Counted from the stretch's first letter, positions 9,883 through 19,205 are shown. The stretch: DNA of 61,453 nt from Lachnospiraceae bacterium (GCA_022781395.1 JALETS010000093.1:1-61453), one strand, 5' to 3'. The notes: a model not told the origin generated them from the letters alone. A program made the numbers and translations.

Positions 9883-10641
9883 CTATACTTCAATTTCCAC
9901 AATCCGTTTAGATAACAGATAAGCTGCGCCATAGAATAACAGGCAGACCGTCATAATGATCACACCGATCAGATTGTGGTATAACACATCGAAAAACCCT
10001 CTTGAGGTGGTACCCACATAGAAAATGATCAGAAAAGGAACCATATTCATAATCTTCTGTTCCATCTTCTTTGCACTGATCATCAGCTGTATCTCCTTAT
10101 CAGTCTCTATCTTCTGCTCGATAACTCCTGCTGTTTTTACCAGAATATCTGTCATATTACCGCCACTTCTCTTTGCAATCATAAAAACATCTGCAAACTG
10201 CATGATGTCCGGCTCATGACTTCGCTGTCCCAGACTATACAATAACTTCTCCAGCACAACATTATTCTCTAATCCGGTTATAATATGTTTTACTTCCCGA
10301 CAAATAGGACTTTCGGCTCCATATAACATCTGCAGATCACGATAGGACTCTTTAAATGCGTTTTCTACAGAATATCCGGCCTTAAGATTCGTCGAAACAG
10401 TCAAAAGCAGATCTTTAAACTGCATACTCAACTCCTGCCCTCTTTTCTTTACCAGTTCTTTCTTTTTCTCCCTCAAAAAAAGAAACAGAAGCGGGCAAAG
10501 ACACAGACAGGCTGCCCATGATTGATAGAAAAAATAACCAATTGCGGCTACAAGTGCTATACCCTCCAAAAAGTACAGAACTTTTTCCTTTATGTTAAAA
10601 TGATACTCAGCATAATCCGGCAGACTGCAGTTTTTCGACAT
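9883..10641 (-). CDS. tadB: TadB-like type II secretion F-domain protein
   Basis: 'LKAGYSVENAF', 'KRSGGNM'; start moved to ATG 10641 behind an AAGGAG RBS. Confidence 0.88.
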   Translation of the reverse strand: MSKNCSLPDYAEYHFNIKEKVLYFLEGIALVAAIGYFFYQSWAACLCLCPLLFLFLREKKKELVKKRGQELSMQFKDLLLTVSTNLKAGYSVENAFKESYRDLQMLYGAESPICREVKHIITGLENNVVLEKLLYSLGQRSHEPDIMQFADVFMIAKRSGGNMTDILVKTAGVIEQKIETDKEIQLMISAKKMEQKIMNMVPFLIIFYVGTTSRGFFDVLYHNLIGVIIMTVCLLFYGAAYLLSKRIVEIEV

Positions 10642-11827
10642 GTGATAATTCTCCTTTCTTCTGTAAAGTTCCCAGAATTCTGCCTTTTCCATCTTCACCT
10701 GTCTCTGAAAACTGATACAACGGCTTTAATATAATGTTTCCCTCTGAATACCCGGTTACTTCTGTAATCTCTAATACTTTCCTGGACTTGTCCCGAAGTC
10801 TTCCTAAATGAACAATAATATCAATGCCGGAAGCAATCTGCTGCTTAATCGCTGTCAGGGGTATTTCTATTCCCATTAAGATCATGTTCTCCAAACGACT
10901 CAGCATATCCTTACAGCTATTGGCATGCCCCGTAGACATGGAACCATCATGACCGGTGTTTAAACACTGCATCATATCAAAGGCTTCTGCACCCCGCACC
11001 TCTCCAACGATAATACGATCCGGTCTCATACGTAAGGATGTCTTGATAAGATCTCTGATGGTTATCTGTTGACAGCCTTCTACATTGGCATTTCTCGTCT
11101 CAAGCCTTACCAGATTAGGAATATTGCGAATTTGCAGTTCTGCACTGTCCTCTATTGTTATAATCCGCTCTTCTGACGGGATATAATTGGACAGTGCATT
11201 CAGAAATGTGGTCTTACCGGAACCAGTTCCTCCACTGATAAAAATATTGTATTTTGCCCGGACCAGCTTATGAAGCCAGCCACATACCTCCTCCGTAACA
11301 GAACCAAAGGATACTAAATCCTCCATCGTGATCGGCTTTTCAGGAAATCGCCTGATGGTTACAATCGGTCCATTGATTGCAACCGGATTAAGAACAACAT
11401 TAACACGGGCACCATTATGAAGTCTTGCATCTACAATCGGTGAAGCATCATTTACTACCCTGTTACATTCTGCTACAATCTGCTGGATAACGTTATGCAG
11501 CTTCTCCTCATTGTCAAACTGCAATTCACTCTGATAAAGGCGGCCATCCTGCTCAATAAAAATATTCTTAGGTCCATTGATCATAATTTCAGTAATACGC
11601 GGCTCATCCACTAATTCCTGTAAAACATCCAGTTTACGGACTGCATGGAACAATTCTTTCTTCAATCTCTTTCGATCTGATAATGCCAGCGGTATTTCCC
11701 TGCTCTCCCGGATTAAAAGCTCATCAATCAGATCCTGTATCTCCTCATCAGAATTCTCATGAGAATAGTCGATACTCTCTGACAGTTTGTCTTTCAGCCT
11801 TTTTTTACGTTCCTCTCTACTTTCCAT
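10607..11827 (-). CDS. cpaF: CpaF/TadA pilus assembly ATPase
   Basis: Walker A 'GGTGSGKTT', 'IEDSAEL', '[15 protein letters not shown]', '[14 protein letters not shown]'. Confidence 0.95.
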   Translation of the reverse strand: MESREERKKRLKDKLSESIDYSHENSDEEIQDLIDELLIRESREIPLALSDRKRLKKELFHAVRKLDVLQELVDEPRITEIMINGPKNIFIEQDGRLYQSELQFDNEEKLHNVIQQIVAECNRVVNDASPIVDARLHNGARVNVVLNPVAINGPIVTIRRFPEKPITMEDLVSFGSVTEEVCGWLHKLVRAKYNIFISGGTGSGKTTFLNALSNYIPSEERIITIEDSAELQIRNIPNLVRLETRNANVEGCQQITIRDLIKTSLRMRPDRIIVGEVRGAEAFDMMQCLNTGHDGSMSTGHANSCKDMLSRLENMILMGIEIPLTAIKQQIASGIDIIVHLGRLRDKSRKVLEITEVTGYSEGNIILKPLYQFSETGEDGKGRILGTLQKKGELSHVEKLQSAGLC

Positions 11828-12830
11828 ATATATCCTCTTCAATAATTGATCTCACATATTCGGCCAGTTCACCATGTGTCATCAACTCTAAATCCGTTGG
11901 GAGCCTGTGAAACACCGGAAATTTACACTTCACAGTTTTATCAGCAATTTCTTCCAGTTCTTCAAGCTTTAGCATCTGCTCATACTGGTTCATCTTGGCT
12001 ATTGCAAAGTTATCATCCTTAGTGATGGTATAAATTTTGTAACACTGTTTCAGAAGGTCGAATAAACCATTTATCCCATCATCCAGATCTAAGATAATAT
12101 ATTCATACTGTCCCATCATAGCAATATCTCTGCACAGTTCTGCCCATTGGCTGCCGGTAACCTCTCTGATCCCTAACGGTGACTGTATGGGTGGAATATA
12201 ATCCAGACCATTAATATTCTGCAAAATAGATGGAAGACGCATTGCCAGTTTTTCTTTGGCGCACTGAAAATAGTACATAACATCCATCATATCCGCCGAA
12301 TAATCTCTTCTAAGCAATTGTCCCAATCCCGAATAATATTCAAAATTGAGATAGAGCACTTTATGCTTCTTGGCTAACATCTGGCCCAGAGTCAATGCAA
12401 AAGAAGTCTGCAAACATCGCTTAATGGGAGAATACATACCGATCAGTTTTACATCTGACTTTATCTCTTTATCTCCAGTCATCCAGTCAGTCTGATCCGG
12501 CAGTGAGTTAAATAGCATTTGCAAAATAATATCAGGGCTCTGATATTTACTGATATAACACAGATCTTCTCTCTCCCTTTTTTCACTCTCCTGCAAAACA
12601 AATAACTGCAACACCTTTTGTCTGACATATTCCTCTTTCAACAGTTTAAGCGCACTTTCTGCAATCAAAAGTACCGCTATCTCTTCCTCTTTTGCCATAT
12701 TTTGCAGTTTCTCCACATCAGTAAACAAATGAAAGGCATAAGGCATATTTCCCTTTTCCAATACATACTCTGCCAGACGAAAAGCATACGCCTCTTCCGT
12801 ATCGCAGATTGCCATAATCTTTTGTTTCAA
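11817..12830 (-). CDS. CpaE/TadZ-like protein: receiver-like N-terminus plus degenerate ParA/MinD domain
   Basis: 'IMAICDTE' receiver-like start; 'IGMYSPIKRCLQTSFAL' at the P-loop position; 'YEYIILDL'; directly upstream of cpaF. Confidence 0.75.
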   Translation of the reverse strand: MKQKIMAICDTEEAYAFRLAEYVLEKGNMPYAFHLFTDVEKLQNMAKEEEIAVLLIAESALKLLKEEYVRQKVLQLFVLQESEKREREDLCYISKYQSPDIILQMLFNSLPDQTDWMTGDKEIKSDVKLIGMYSPIKRCLQTSFALTLGQMLAKKHKVLYLNFEYYSGLGQLLRRDYSADMMDVMYYFQCAKEKLAMRLPSILQNINGLDYIPPIQSPLGIREVTGSQWAELCRDIAMMGQYEYIILDLDDGINGLFDLLKQCYKIYTITKDDNFAIAKMNQYEQMLKLEELEEIADKTVKCKFPVFHRLPTDLELMTHGELAEYVRSIIEEDIYGK

Positions 12831-13351
12831 ATTATCCCTCCTACTTTCAATGCCACGCCAAATAATACAGGTACTGCGAAATGTATTTTATTGTGGCAAT
12901 ACCTCTGATAATCCTGTTTCAAATCTTCCCCATATAGCCTCCATTGCTTTGTCTGCATAATTTCCGATATGTAGGAAAGCAAATACTGCATTCTTTCCCG
13001 CCCATTGTGCTCGTTCAATAGCTTGACGAAGGATAATCCACCCGCAATCACAAAAGCTGCTGCCAGAATCATCAACATTTCTCCTGTTTCGTAAAAACTC
13101 CCGATCATGATAAAAAGTTTGACATCGCCCGCACCCAATGCGCCAATCTTAAAGAGGGGATACAAGAGCAGAAAAGCGAGAAGCATAGAACCGACATTAC
13201 ACAGAATTCTGTCCATCCGCAGACTATTGGACAGCCCCAGAATCATTCCAAGAACAATAAGACCATTTGGAATCCGATCTGTCTTTAAATCTGCCAATGC
13301 TGCAAGCAAAAGCAATAGAAGCAAAAGTGATTGATAATACTCTAATCCAAT
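12827..13351 (-). CDS. A24 family prepilin peptidase (CpaA/TadV-like, copy 1)
   Basis: 'ALADLKTDRIPN', 'LGAGDVKL', 'IHFAVP'; the ORF track starts at 13438 but the GGAGGTG RBS points to an in-frame ATT at 13351. Confidence 0.85.
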   Translation of the reverse strand: MGLEYYQSLLLLLLLLAALADLKTDRIPNGLIVLGMILGLSNSLRMDRILCNVGSMLLAFLLLYPLFKIGALGAGDVKLFIMIGSFYETGEMLMILAAAFVIAGGLSFVKLLNEHNGRERMQYLLSYISEIMQTKQWRLYGEDLKQDYQRYCHNKIHFAVPVLFGVALKVGGII

Positions 13352-13427
13352 AAAACCACCTCCGAATATAAATAATATGAACTCAATGAAATAAATGGGA
13401 TGACTTTCCCGATGCCATAAGGCGATG

Positions 13428-13466
13428 ATATAAAGCAATGCTTTACAATATAAAGCTACGCTTTAC
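13428..13466. promoter_or_regulatory. Tandem palindromic boxes ATATAAAGC-N3-GCTTTAC (two copies, 20-bp period) in Tad operon leader
   Basis: atataaagcaatgctttac (13428-13446) and atataaagctacgctttac (13448-13466). Confidence 0.6.
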
Positions 13467-13492
13467 TTAGAATTTCTTGAGTTGTGAATTGA

Positions 13493-13521
13493 ATTATATA
13501 CACATCTTTTTAACTTGTCTA
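13493..13521 (-). promoter_or_regulatory. sigmaA-type promoter of Tad operon
   Basis: TAGACA-17 bp-TATAAT on minus strand. Confidence 0.65.
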
Positions 13522-13557
13522 CCCATAAAACTAAAAAAAAGTATTTTTGTGAAAAAC

Positions 13558-13836
13558 CTACAAATATTTGAAAAAATTAATACTGTAAAGAACGATGAGC
13601 CCCGGAAATCCAAGAAATCCGGATGTCAAAACAGTAAGCGGGTTAATGCCTACAGTCACAGAAATATTCTGTACCGCTAACAGATAATTAAGAAAATAAA
13701 TTCCGATTGTTCCTATAACTGCCCTTAAGATAAAATTTACCAGCCATTCTACCTTTTTTCCCATTGCTCCGATTAGCAGCACAATACTGCAGACCCCCAT
13801 GATTGCTACCATTCCGCCTATATTTCCCATCTCCAT
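13558..13836 (-). CDS. bofA: Pro-sigmaK processing inhibitor BofA family protein
   Basis: Small hydrophobic protein with 'VGINPLTVLTSGFLGFPG'; adjacent to yaaL. Confidence 0.85.
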   Translation of the reverse strand: MEMGNIGGMVAIMGVCSIVLLIGAMGKKVEWLVNFILRAVIGTIGIYFLNYLLAVQNISVTVGINPLTVLTSGFLGFPGLIVLYSINFFKYL

Positions 13837-13862
13837 ATCTCCTGCCGATATCTTCTGCTTAC

Positions 13863-13891
13863 ATAATATGTACGAAACTTTTCCAATATTA
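13863..13891 (-). promoter_or_regulatory. Putative sigmaE promoter of bofA
   Basis: taATAtt-14 bp-CATATTAT resembles the sporulation sigmaE consensus; B. subtilis bofA is sigmaE-dependent. Confidence 0.5.
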
Positions 13892-13967
13892 CATGAATAT
13901 TTATTCCTATTTTACCTATACTTTCTATAAGTGGAAATATTTTACACGAAAGGAGTGATTCTCTACT

Positions 13968-14258
13968 ATGAAAATGTTTTTTCGTCAAAGTCCCTGTGTT
14001 CCGGAAGACAGTGACGTTATTGTAGAAAGAAATAAAATGACAATAAGAGATGAATTGGCACAGACAAAGTATGCCTTGGAAAATGCATATCTGGGGTTTG
14101 ACAATGTTACAGACCCCGACTTGATTGATTGCTATATTTATGAATTGAATGCTGTTATGAAACGATATAAATTTTTATTAGATCAGGCAGCAGAAATGGA
14201 TCTGCTGCCTGAAGAAAAGCATACGGAAGCGTATCGAACGCTGTCCGGAATTTCATGA
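13968..14258 (+). CDS. YaaL/DUF2508 family protein
   Basis: 'FDNVTDPDLIDCYIYELNA..RYKFLL' signature; AAGGAGTG RBS. Confidence 0.85.
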   Translation: MKMFFRQSPCVPEDSDVIVERNKMTIRDELAQTKYALENAYLGFDNVTDPDLIDCYIYELNAVMKRYKFLLDQAAEMDLLPEEKHTEAYRTLSGIS

Positions 14259-14259
14259 A

Positions 14260-14736
14260 CTAAACACAAAAACCTCTGTTGGATGCAGGATCTGTAATGT
14301 TCTCGGTAAGCGTATTTCTACCGTAAGTCAATCCGGCATATACTGTCTGGGTATTCCCCATAACAGGTCCTGACACATCCTGATTTTCTATTTTTTTATA
14401 TGCCTTCTGAAGTTCCCCGATCACCAGACGGATATGCTCCAGATTTTCCTTTTCATTATGGACGGATGCCTGAACCAATTCTCTGTTTACATAGAGATAG
14501 AGCTGCAGTAAATTCTGTGCCAGATCATATTCCAGATTAAGAGATGCTGTCAACTCATTCATACAGCCCCTGATCTTACGGATTGCACTCTTATATTCCG
14601 CCCTGTCATCCTCTGACAATGCCGCTTCTGCCTCATCAATATAGATCAAAACCATCTCATACAGGATTGTAATCAGTTGTGTTTTATTTGCCTGCGTGAT
14701 CCGCAATGTATACTCCTGTTTTAATTCCCTGGTCAT
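14260..14736 (-). CDS. fliS: Flagellar export chaperone FliS
   Basis: 'QLITILYE', 'ELTASLN..YDLAQNLLQLYLYV'; directly downstream of flagellin. Confidence 0.85.
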   Translation of the reverse strand: MTRELKQEYTLRITQANKTQLITILYEMVLIYIDEAEAALSEDDRAEYKSAIRKIRGCMNELTASLNLEYDLAQNLLQLYLYVNRELVQASVHNEKENLEHIRLVIGELQKAYKKIENQDVSGPVMGNTQTVYAGLTYGRNTLTENITDPASNRGFCV

Positions 14737-14783
14737 AACAATTCCTCCATTATCAAACGATTTATCGGAAAGATCTTTTTATC

Positions 14784-15977
14784 CTATTGTAAGAGCTGAA
14801 GAACCTGAGACGGTCTTTCATTCGCCTGTGCAAGCATGGAGGTAGCAGCCTGTGATACTACCTGCTCTGTCGTATAATTGGTCATTTCCTCTGCCATATC
14901 CACATCCATGATACGGGAATAAGAAGCGGTCATGTTTTCATTCGTAATATCCAGATTACTTACCGTATGTTCCAGACGATTCTGATATGCACCTAATCTG
15001 CTTCGCGCATCTGATACATAAAGAATCGCTCCTTTAATTTCATTAATGGCATTCCCACAACTCTCCTGAGTCGTCATTTCTGTTCTCTCAATTCCCAGTC
15101 TGCTCAGAGAAATGGTAGGAATACGAATCTCCAGCTGCTGTCCTTCATTAGCTCCAATCTGGGTATCCATAGCTCCGATTCCGGTGATATCCAGCTTAAT
15201 AGACTGATTTATGAGGATACCACCCGGTGCAGTCGTCTTTGTACAGTCTACATCATTATAATCAATAACGTTACCGTTACCATCTTTAACAGGATCAGGT
15301 GTGATAGATAATGTAATCTTAAAATCCTGATGACCGGTCAATACGATCTTATCCTGTCCTACTTCCGTAAGCTCCACGCCCTTGGGGAAGCCTGCACCAA
15401 GTACCAGATTAGCCGGTTTCTTGGTTTCATCCAGATTAATTGTGCCGTCATTATTATAGATTACATTCAATTTTTCAATCGTATACTCTTTTGCCAGTAC
15501 CTCATCTGAATAATAATCCACCGTTGCAAGCTGTGTATTGGTATACCCCTTAAGATCAAAGCTGCCATCCAGAATGGGCTGTCCATTGAATTCTGTATCA
15601 GTAGCAATCCTTGTAACTTCCTGCTTCAACTGCTTTACTTCCTCGTTGATCATCTGACGGTCTGAGGTTGTTAAGGTACCTGTTGCACCCTTGATTGCCA
15701 GTTCATTCATTCGCTGTAGCATATCATGCACTTCTGCCAGAGCACCATCTGCCGTCTCGATAATAGAAATACCATTGTTGGCACTCTGCGTTGCCACTGA
15801 CACGCCCGTAATCTGTGCATTCATTCTTCGCCCTATCGCATAACCGGATGGATTATCCTTTGCTGCCGTTACTTTTAATCCGGAAGACAAACGTTCCAAA
15901 GATTTGGACACCTTTTTATCCGATACATTCAATGCGTTATTGGCACGCATTGCCGGTGCATTATAATTTATTTTCAT
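14784..15977 (-). CDS. fliC: Flagellin (divergent)
   Basis: 'SLERLSSGL', 'ETADGAL..MLQRMNELA', 'RSRLGAYQNRLEH', 'SRIMDVDMAEEM', 'LAQAN..QVLQLL'. Confidence 0.93.
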   Translation of the reverse strand: MKINYNAPAMRANNALNVSDKKVSKSLERLSSGLKVTAAKDNPSGYAIGRRMNAQITGVSVATQSANNGISIIETADGALAEVHDMLQRMNELAIKGATGTLTTSDRQMINEEVKQLKQEVTRIATDTEFNGQPILDGSFDLKGYTNTQLATVDYYSDEVLAKEYTIEKLNVIYNNDGTINLDETKKPANLVLGAGFPKGVELTEVGQDKIVLTGHQDFKITLSITPDPVKDGNGNVIDYNDVDCTKTTAPGGILINQSIKLDITGIGAMDTQIGANEGQQLEIRIPTISLSRLGIERTEMTTQESCGNAINEIKGAILYVSDARSRLGAYQNRLEHTVSNLDITNENMTASYSRIMDVDMAEEMTNYTTEQVVSQAATSMLAQANERPSQVLQLLQ

Positions 15978-15991
15978 TCTAAGTTCCTCCT

Positions 15992-18900
15992 TTATGCTGT
16001 AACGATGGTAATAACTGCTTTGGCAATTCGATAAAGATTCACTGTCTCTACCTGTGTATTGTTCTCCAGGTCTTCTCTGGTATAACCCTCTGCATTCATC
16101 TCTGTACTATGTACAATTCCTATACTGCCAACCTTCAACGGTTCTTCCTTCATTACCGATATCTGCGCAAAAGCATCCTTCAGATCATCTTCTTTGCCCT
16201 GAAGCTCTTTCGTACCATAATCGGTATCACAGGCAATATATCCTGATATCGTATGATTTCTGACACAGAACGAAGCTGCCACCTGTCCATACTCTTCCGT
16301 CTGCATCAGAGCACTGACTTTGCCGCCCTCACTGCCATGCAGAATCTTCAGATTGATTGCGGTCAGCTCGCCATGAACCTCTACCGGTATCTGATAGTTC
16401 TCCTCCTTTGCCAGATTGCCTGCCAGTGCCAACTGCTTCTGACAGTTCTGCAAAGCGCGAAGATCAAGATATGTAATATCCTCCGATGCCTTTGCGTCTT
16501 CAATCAACCCGGTAAAGGTTTCCTGCATGTTATCATAAGCATTCGCTGCGGTGTCTTTATCTGTTAACCCTTCCACCATATCGCGGATAGCATCCTTCAC
16601 AATATGTTTATCGGCAGAATGATCCAATTCATTCAGTTTCCTGTGCAGAAAACCGGGATTCTTCCTCATGCTCATAGCTGCAGACAAATGATCTGCCGTT
16701 ATTGTCTGCTGATAGGCAAGCAGCTCATTGATAACAGCATTTTCCACCGTATTTAGAGCTCTATACTGTTGCAGCTGCTCCTGCTCATAAGCCATTTCAA
16801 GCTGTCCATCCGGCTGCATTCCATAGATTTGATCCATAAACTCTTCCATGGTCGTATCCGGTTCTATCGTCATCTGCATCAGCATTTCCGGTTCCAGAGT
16901 ATCGGCAATCTCTCCGGCCAGCTGACTATAATACCGGGTTGCCGCCTCAGAATCCGCACCCGGCTGTCCATTCCGGCTCTGGCCGTCCCCACTCTGTCCT
17001 GCCAGGTCAGGAAAACCGGATAAAATCTGATCCGTGATAGATTTACCGACAGTTACACCATTCACACCATTAAACTGATCATCTATGGTATAATCCATGC
17101 CCTGCTTCTTCGTGCTTCGCATAGCAGTAAGCAGATTCTGAAAGGATAACTGTGCCCCCTCTTTCAGAAGACTTCCTACGGCTGCATCGTCGGTTTTCTC
17201 CAGTTGTCTGAACATACGGTAAATACCGATATAAGCCTCTCTCTCCTGCTCGTCTATAGCATGATTCTGCTCTAATTTATATAAATATTTACTGAACTTC
17301 TCTTCCTTAACTGCTTCCGTCTGCCTATTCTCATCCAGATACCGGTTCAATTCCTCTATAGACATATTCAGTGGATTTTTCCCATCTCTGATTGCCTGCA
17401 AGGTGGCTGCCGGTGTCATTTTGCGAATTGTCTGACGCAGCTCCATATCATACTTCTTCACGGCATCCATATTGTCTTCCGTGATGTCCATACTGTTATA
17501 TCCCAGAATACGGACTGCCCGACGGTTTTCTTCAGAGGTTTCCATATCCATATCCTGAAGTATATCATCCACATTCCGAAAAGCCTTACGGATGGAATCG
17601 CCCATATCAGATCTTGGTGCCGTCATTAATGTCTCATAGGATTCTTTGGCAACATCATAGGCATTCTTAAGTGCTGTACCATGAGCATATACACTGTCCA
17701 GTGTAAACGGCTCATCTTCGAAAAGATATTCTGCAAGCACTGCTGCCGGTAATGAAGGAATTTCTGCCGTCTTCTGCTGCACTTCTGCAAACAAAGATGC
17801 CTTGTCGGCTGCCGCAGCACTGTCCGACTCACTAAAAAGAACCTGATTCTGCTCCTGCTCTATTTTCTTAAGTGCTTCTACCAGCTTCTCAAGCTCTGTG
17901 GTATCAATAGAATAACCGCTTTCTATCAGCTTTCGGTTTGCCTCTATTGTCATCATCAACCGGACTTCTTCTAACTGACGTCTTGCGCTGATCTGCTCAG
18001 GTGTTCCTTCTGTTAAACCACTCTGATCAATCTGTTTCTGTGTCTGCTCCAGATGCCTTAAAGTAAGCTCTTTACCCTCTGCTGCTGTCTGATCTACAGC
18101 TTCCTCACTGATCTTTGCAAAAGCATCCACATAATCCGCCGCTTTCTCACGACTGCTCCTGCCATCTGCCAGATTCGCACTTCCGGCACTTTTACCATCA
18201 GAGATGGCTGCTGCCACAGCAGATAATATCTGCTGCATATCCTGAGGCAGTGCTACCTTCTCTATTTCATGCAACCGGCTTACTGTCTCCTCTGTAAGCG
18301 GAATTCCCGCCTCTACCAGCCACTTTGCTTCATTAATACTTTCTTCTGTAATATCTATTCCGGCTTCCTCCAGCACCTTTTCCATCTGCGGCTTAAGCTG
18401 CTGCCAGTTATAGTCCTCAGCCTTTTTGGCATAATAACCGGTATTATCTGTGGCATAATAACCATGGCTCTGAGGATTACTGCCTGTAGCACTGTGATCA
18501 GCCAGGTACAGATGATCAATCGTCGGCTCCAGTCGGTTTTCTATCATATATTTTACGGCACCGTCTTCCGGTGTATCAAGTTGGGAAGCCTTATCATATG
18601 CCTGTTTTGCAGCATTCACATTCTCCCGGGTAACCGGAATATCATGTTCACGGAACTGCTTCTCCAGCTCTCTGGCAAACGCTTCACTTCCCGTAATAGC
18701 ACAAAGCGTTTCCGCATCCAGATCATCGGTATAGCCGACTACCTGAGTGCCTCCCTTAACAAGCTCTGCTTTTATTTGATCGACAATGGTAACAACCTCT
18801 TCGATATCCATATCTCCCGGATGATAGCCTTCCTTTTGCAGTCTGCTAAAATCCTCCTCAGACATAGAATTAGACATAACTGTCATATAGTCTCTCTGCG

Positions 18901-19108
18901 TAGCTACATCAATAAGCCCCGCATCCTGCATAACCTCTTCTGCGGTCTTTCCGTGACCTTTGTAAGCGTTGTTATCCATAACTGTGCCAGAAATGTCTAA
19001 TGCGTAATCACTCATACGCTCCGTTTGCGGCATCTGAGTGTTCCGATATGCGGTTGTTGCCCTGTCTACATTTTGATTGGTGTTTCCTTGATCAAACGTA
19101 ATTTTCAT
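15992..19108 (-). CDS. DUF6240-like large acidic flagellar-regulon protein with FliK-like C-terminal domain
   Basis: 1038 aa from ATG 19108 (GGAG RBS); C-terminal 'YQIPVEV..INLKI..QTEEYGQVAASF..ISGYI' resembles the FliK C-domain; upstream of flagellin and fliS. Confidence 0.7.
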   Translation of the reverse strand: MKITFDQGNTNQNVDRATTAYRNTQMPQTERMSDYALDISGTVMDNNAYKGHGKTAEEVMQDAGLIDVATQRDYMTVMSNSMSEEDFSRLQKEGYHPGDMDIEEVVTIVDQIKAELVKGGTQVVGYTDDLDAETLCAITGSEAFARELEKQFREHDIPVTRENVNAAKQAYDKASQLDTPEDGAVKYMIENRLEPTIDHLYLADHSATGSNPQSHGYYATDNTGYYAKKAEDYNWQQLKPQMEKVLEEAGIDITEESINEAKWLVEAGIPLTEETVSRLHEIEKVALPQDMQQILSAVAAAISDGKSAGSANLADGRSSREKAADYVDAFAKISEEAVDQTAAEGKELTLRHLEQTQKQIDQSGLTEGTPEQISARRQLEEVRLMMTIEANRKLIESGYSIDTTELEKLVEALKKIEQEQNQVLFSESDSAAAADKASLFAEVQQKTAEIPSLPAAVLAEYLFEDEPFTLDSVYAHGTALKNAYDVAKESYETLMTAPRSDMGDSIRKAFRNVDDILQDMDMETSEENRRAVRILGYNSMDITEDNMDAVKKYDMELRQTIRKMTPAATLQAIRDGKNPLNMSIEELNRYLDENRQTEAVKEEKFSKYLYKLEQNHAIDEQEREAYIGIYRMFRQLEKTDDAAVGSLLKEGAQLSFQNLLTAMRSTKKQGMDYTIDDQFNGVNGVTVGKSITDQILSGFPDLAGQSGDGQSRNGQPGADSEAATRYYSQLAGEIADTLEPEMLMQMTIEPDTTMEEFMDQIYGMQPDGQLEMAYEQEQLQQYRALNTVENAVINELLAYQQTITADHLSAAMSMRKNPGFLHRKLNELDHSADKHIVKDAIRDMVEGLTDKDTAANAYDNMQETFTGLIEDAKASEDITYLDLRALQNCQKQLALAGNLAKEENYQIPVEVHGELTAINLKILHGSEGGKVSALMQTEEYGQVAASFCVRNHTISGYIACDTDYGTKELQGKEDDLKDAFAQISVMKEEPLKVGSIGIVHSTEMNAEGYTREDLENNTQVETVNLYRIAKAVITIVTA

Positions 19109-19130
19109 ATACTTCTCCAATCCAACAAAA

Positions 19131-19201
19131 GGGCGAATGCTTTTCACACTCGCCCCAAATAATTCTTGTTATTCGCCCGGCGAATGTTTTTCACATTCAC
19201 C
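19131..19201 (-). repeat. Twin near-identical hairpins with GAAAA loops
   Basis: Minus strand GGUGAAUGU-GAAAA-ACAUUCGCC (19201-19179) and GGGCGAGUGU-GAAAA-GCAUUCGCCC-UUUU (19155-19131). Confidence 0.75.
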
Positions 19202-19205
19202 CTTT

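Noticed and set aside
14762-14790. Possible second sigma28 promoter before fliS (TCCGATAA)
   Set aside because: Good -10 but no convincing TAAA at 15-bp spacing; left unannotated
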